From the sequence record SRR22947727_1242: a DNA stretch of 40,448 nt; one strand, 5' to 3'. Shown piece by piece: positions 36,904-40,448 of this stretch. The notes beneath the pieces are model-generated. The model searched no databases. It was not told where the DNA came from and was given only the letters and a program-made list of their open reading frames with translations. Position 1 is the stretch's first letter. Each line of letters starts with the position of its first letter. The position numbers and the translations under genes are program-made.

Positions 36904-36929
36904 AAAGCCACCGCTAGCGGTGGCTTTTT
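36904..36929 (+). terminator. Intrinsic terminator after the M56 gene
   Basis: Perfect palindrome AAAGCCACCGCTAGCGGTGGCTTT ending in a T-run. Confidence 0.85.
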
Positions 36930-36930
36930 G

Positions 36931-36938
36931 TATATTTG
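36931..36938 (+). promoter_or_regulatory. -7 promoter element (TATATTTG) for holB
   Basis: TAnnTTTG match only 4 nt before ATG 36943. Confidence 0.6.
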
Positions 36939-36942
36939 AAAC

Positions 36943-38100
36943 ATGCATTTTTCTGATGTTTTAGGGCAAGAAGGGGTTAAAAGCCGTTTGCAAACTGCTA
37001 TTGACAGCAATCGTTTGGCACATGCACAATTGTTTGTGGGTGCAGAGGGAAGCGGCGCCTTGCCTATGGCATTGGCTTTGGCTAGGGAAGTGCTCTGCGG
37101 CGCAGAAAATTTAACGGAAGAACAGAAAAGAGCGGGCCATTTAAAAATGGACCATCTAAACCATCCAGACCTTCATTTTGTGTACCCCGTTGCCGCTTCA
37201 GACCTCGCTAAAACAAAACCCATTAGTGATCATTATGCAGTACCCTGGAGGGCGTTTATTCAAACACAGGTTTACGGCAACCTCTTTGACTGGTACCAGC
37301 TTATGGGTACTGAAAAAAAACAGGGAAATATCTCTGTAGAAGAAGCGAGAGACCTCAGTCAGAAACTTTCTTTAAAATCTTATGAAGGAGGGTATAAAGT
37401 CATGGTCATTTGGGGGATAGAAAAAATGAATACTGCAGCGGCAAACAAAATCTTAAAACTTCTTGAAGAGCCCCCTGAAAAAACCCTGTTTATTCTCATT
37501 GCAGAAGAGGAAGAACAATTAATAGCCACCATTACGTCTCGTTGTCAGATTACCTATTTTAAAAAGCTTCAGGAAAAAGATATTATTAAAGGCTTGCTAG
37601 CGGAGGGCGCGGTAGAACAAAATGCCAAACAGATCGCTATTATGGCAGAGGGCAACTACAATAAAGCATTAGACCTATTTAGACAAGATTCAGAGGAATT
37701 GCGTTTTGGCGAATGGTTTGTATTTTGGGTAAGGGCCGCATTTAAAGCCAAGGGGAATAAAAGCGCTATAAACGAACTACTCAATTGGAGTGGAGAAGTG
37801 GCAAAATCTGGCAGAGAGATACAGAAAAACTTCCTGTTATACTGTTTGTCTTTGTTTAGAGAAGCGGTTTTAATGGAATATGGTTTGGACCAATTGCAAC
37901 ACACACAAATTGAAGTTTCTAATTTTGACTTTAAGAAATTTGCCCCTTTTGTACACGAGGGAAATATAGAACAAATCTCCACGGCTTTAGAAAGTGCTGT
38001 TTATGAAATTGAAAGAAATGGAAACGCTAAAATGGTCTTCACTGATCTGGCTATTTCGCTCACTCGATTACTGCACATGACAAAAGCTGTTACTAATTAA
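36943..38100 (+). CDS. holB: DNA polymerase III subunit delta-prime
   Basis: RLAHAQLFVG, HPDLHF, AANKILKLLEEPP, TITSRCQ. Confidence 0.9.
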   Translation: MHFSDVLGQEGVKSRLQTAIDSNRLAHAQLFVGAEGSGALPMALALAREVLCGAENLTEEQKRAGHLKMDHLNHPDLHFVYPVAASDLAKTKPISDHYAVPWRAFIQTQVYGNLFDWYQLMGTEKKQGNISVEEARDLSQKLSLKSYEGGYKVMVIWGIEKMNTAAANKILKLLEEPPEKTLFILIAEEEEQLIATITSRCQITYFKKLQEKDIIKGLLAEGAVEQNAKQIAIMAEGNYNKALDLFRQDSEELRFGEWFVFWVRAAFKAKGNKSAINELLNWSGEVAKSGREIQKNFLLYCLSLFREAVLMEYGLDQLQHTQIEVSNFDFKKFAPFVHEGNIEQISTALESAVYEIERNGNAKMVFTDLAISLTRLLHMTKAVTN

Positions 38101-38107
38101 AATAATT

Positions 38108-38515
38108 ATGCTGCATTTTGAAGACAACTTAACGGTATTAATCCTACTGGTATTTCTTTGTATTACATTTTTACAAAGTGCTTTAGACAAACTCATTGAT
38201 TGGAAAGGAAACTTAGGGTGGCTCAAAGGTCATTTTGAAAAGAGTTTTCTAAAAAACACTGTCCCATTTTTACTTGTGACCATTATAATCATGGAAGTCA
38301 TTAGTGGTGTGTTGGGTATTTGGGGTATTATGGACATTGTTCACTATAACAAACCTAATATAGCCCTAAATGCAGCAGTGGTAAGTTGCCTCACTTTGCT
38401 TATGTTGTTATTCGGGCAAAGAGTTGCCAAAGACTATGATGGCGCTAGGACAATTGTAATTTATTTGGTGCCCGCGGTCTTGCTTCTTTTCTTTTTAGAA
38501 ATGTCTATGTGGTAA
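38108..38515 (+). CDS. DoxX-like membrane protein
   Basis: Four TM helices; FLQSALDKLIDWKGN, FGQRVAKDY. Confidence 0.75.
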   Translation: MLHFEDNLTVLILLVFLCITFLQSALDKLIDWKGNLGWLKGHFEKSFLKNTVPFLLVTIIIMEVISGVLGIWGIMDIVHYNKPNIALNAAVVSCLTLLMLLFGQRVAKDYDGARTIVIYLVPAVLLLFFLEMSMW

Positions 38516-38694
38516 TTTACATTTATAAATACCCTTAGAACAAGCCATAAGATTAATTTATAAAACAGCGGGGGTACTATAGATTTTTTAAATGAAAAGA
38601 GGCCTCCATAGGCTGGATTTAAGGCTGTTTTTAAAAACCCTGAGCTTGTGTTGCCGGAAGGCTTAAAAAAACGCACTAAAGCTTTTATAAGGGC

Positions 38695-39540
38695 TTATTC
38701 TGGTTTTTTTAGTACATAAATGATAGAAGAATACTCTTTGGTCCTTATAGCTGATAGGTTGGCATAAAAACCTTTAAAAAAGGCGCTAAACAGAGGGGCC
38801 TTTTTTTGAGCGTGCCTTTCAGATAACAGAGACACATAAAAAGCATCCAGTAGCATTGGTTTGGTTTCCTCTAAAGACAATCCGTATTTTTCTGCCAACT
38901 GCTTTATGGCTTTTTGTGAAAAATGCCACAAATGCCTGGGTGCGTCATAAGCAGCCCATAAGGCGCCATAGTGTTTTGCATCCCAAGAGTTATAATTGGG
39001 TGCCGCAATAAGGAGTTTGCCTCCAGGCGCCAAAGCGCCTAATAATTCTTTTAAGGTGTGTTCATAATTAGGCAAGTGTTCTAAAACATGCCAAAGGGAT
39101 ATGACAGAAAATTCTTGCTTTGGAATGGATTCTAAAGAGGGGTGTAGCACACAGTTATTCTCTAAAGCAATGGATCTAGCGTTTGGGTTGGGCTCCACGC
39201 CCAAAGAATGCCACTGTCTGTTTTTAAGAAAGGAAACTAACGCGCCGGATCCTGCGCCAAAGTCTAAAAATTTCTTTGACCCATTACAGTGTCGTTCCAA
39301 TAAAACAGCCTTCTTTTTTAATTGATAATTTTTAGCAATACTGTATAATCTGTCTGTTAAAGTGCGTTGGTTGTTCTGATGAGAGATGTAATTATCTTCA
39401 GGATAATAGGCCGCTATTTCTGCTGGAACAGGGGTGGTCTGTAATACATCTAAACCTGGCACATAGGACAAACTAAATACTTCCTTGCTGTAAACGTGGT
39501 CTAAAACTTTTAAGGGAAACCTATCTTTATTCTCTAACAT
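38695..39540 (-). CDS. Class I SAM-dependent methyltransferase
   Basis: Motif I FLDFGAGSG, GVEP, WHVLEH, YDAPRHLWHF; downstream of mnmG. Confidence 0.9.
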   Translation of the reverse strand: MLENKDRFPLKVLDHVYSKEVFSLSYVPGLDVLQTTPVPAEIAAYYPEDNYISHQNNQRTLTDRLYSIAKNYQLKKKAVLLERHCNGSKKFLDFGAGSGALVSFLKNRQWHSLGVEPNPNARSIALENNCVLHPSLESIPKQEFSVISLWHVLEHLPNYEHTLKELLGALAPGGKLLIAAPNYNSWDAKHYGALWAAYDAPRHLWHFSQKAIKQLAEKYGLSLEETKPMLLDAFYVSLLSERHAQKKAPLFSAFFKGFYANLSAIRTKEYSSIIYVLKKPE

Positions 39541-39559
39541 TTTGGGTACTAAAATAATA

Positions 39560-39577
39560 TTGTTCCACGTGGAACAA
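39560..39577. promoter_or_regulatory. parS centromere-like site
   Basis: Perfect palindrome TTGTTCCACGTGGAACAA matching the ParB-binding consensus TGTTnCACGTGnAACA; intergenic, just after the mnmG stop. Confidence 0.88.
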
Positions 39578-39584
39578 AGAAAAA

Positions 39585-40448
39585 CTATCTTCCTAAAAAC
39601 ACCAATAAAACAGAAATGTCTGAGGGGGAAACTCCAGAAATTCTTGACGCTTGTGCAATACTCACAGGCTGTATTTCTTGCAGCTTTTCCCTAGCTTCGT
39701 AGGACAAAGACTTTAGTAAGCTGTAGTCAAAATCAGAAGGAATTTTTACATGCTCTAAACGCTGCAATTTATCTGCATTGTTTTTTTCTTTTTCTATATA
39801 ACCCGCATACTTAATTTGAATTTCTGCCTGTTCTAAGACTTCTCTTGCGAAGTTGTTTTCACTCACAAAAGACACAACACTGTCCACAGAAAGCATGTGA
39901 TCCATAGTTACATTGGGTCTAGAAAAAACCTTAAAAAGTTTTCCTGACTGAGAAATGGGCGCAGAGCCCACAGAAGCCAATTGGTCATTGATCTCTGCTG
40001 GTTTTACGGAAGTTTCTCTAAAAAAAGACACTAGGTTTTCAGAAGCAGAGGCTTTAAGCTCCATGGCCTTGAGCCTATCTTCAGATGCCAAGCCTATGGC
40101 GTGACCCATTGGGGTTAACCTAAAATCTGCGTTGTCTTGTCTAAGTAAGGTTCTGTACTCTGCCCTAGAAGTAAACATTCTATAGGGCTCGTCTGTGCCT
40201 TTTGTAATTAAATCATCTATAAGAACACCTATATAAGCCTCGTCTCTTTGAAGGGTAAAAGGGTCTTTTTCTTGAACTTTTAAGGCGGCATTTATACCTG
40301 CCATTAAGCCTTGTGAAGCAGCTTCTTCGTATCCTGTAGTTCCATTAATTTGCCCTGCAAAAAACAAGCCGCTAATCAATTTTGTTTCAAGGCTGTGGGT
40401 GAGTTGTGTGGGTGGAAAATAATCGTATTCTATAGCATATCCAGGTCT
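39585..40448 (-). CDS. mnmG: tRNA uridine-5-carboxymethylaminomethyl modification enzyme, C-terminal part
   Basis: Frame stays open to the window end (PGYAIEYDY); [33 protein letters not shown]. Confidence 0.98.
   Translation of the reverse strand, partial: RPGYAIEYDYFPPTQLTHSLETKLISGLFFAGQINGTTGYEEAASQGLMAGINAALKVQEKDPFTLQRDEAYIGVLIDDLITKGTDEPYRMFTSRAEYRTLLRQDNADFRLTPMGHAIGLASEDRLKAMELKASASENLVSFFRETSVKPAEINDQLASVGSAPISQSGKLFKVFSRPNVTMDHMLSVDSVVSFVSENNFAREVLEQAEIQIKYAGYIEKEKNNADKLQRLEHVKIPSDFDYSLLKSLSYEAREKLQEIQPVSIAQASRISGVSPSDISVLLVFLGR

Noticed and set aside
38516-38694. 179-nt convergent intergenic region and ORF 38461-38676 as a possible sRNA or small gene
   Set aside because: Only an 8-bp long-range inverted repeat; no promoter, stable fold or protein motif that I can support.

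Overview
This 40.4 kb window is mostly core chromosome from a Bacteroidota bacterium, very likely a marine Flavobacteriaceae member, judging by the split atp operon, SprE/PorW, Flavobacteria-type DUF genes and TAnnTTTG promoters. It is probably near the origin: a perfect parS palindrome follows mnmG and most genes lie on the minus strand. Left to right: partial DUF4292 lipoprotein, dut, flippase, the atpBEFHAG operon (minus strand) with atpI/atpZ-like genes, bactofilin, sprE-like TPR lipoprotein, ABC ATPase plus membrane partner, a PaaE-like FAD/2Fe-2S reductase, and a glutathione peroxidase / AhpD-like / ArsS-type radical SAM trio. Then come a GT9 glycosyltransferase, DUF4254, DUF6427, DUF6341, purD, UDP-glucuronate decarboxylase, rfbBACD, a GH3 acyl-adenylate ligase coupled to a DUF6909 protein, M23 peptidase, tatA, DUF4837, mltD, pgk, a BlaI + M56 peptidase pair with tandem operators, holB, DoxX, a SAM methyltransferase and partial mnmG. 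I saw no mobile element, CRISPR array, rRNA or tRNA. The best candidates for undescribed systems are: (1) GH3 ligase plus DUF6909, whose C-terminus carries AMP-nucleosidase/PNP-fold motifs, directly upstream of the dTDP-rhamnose genes; (2) an arsM-less, Cys-type ArsS module with an exported GPx; (3) a BlaI/M56 sensor ending in a SusC-plug-like domain instead of a beta-lactam sensor. Family names and synteny statements come from motif recognition and recall, not from searches.
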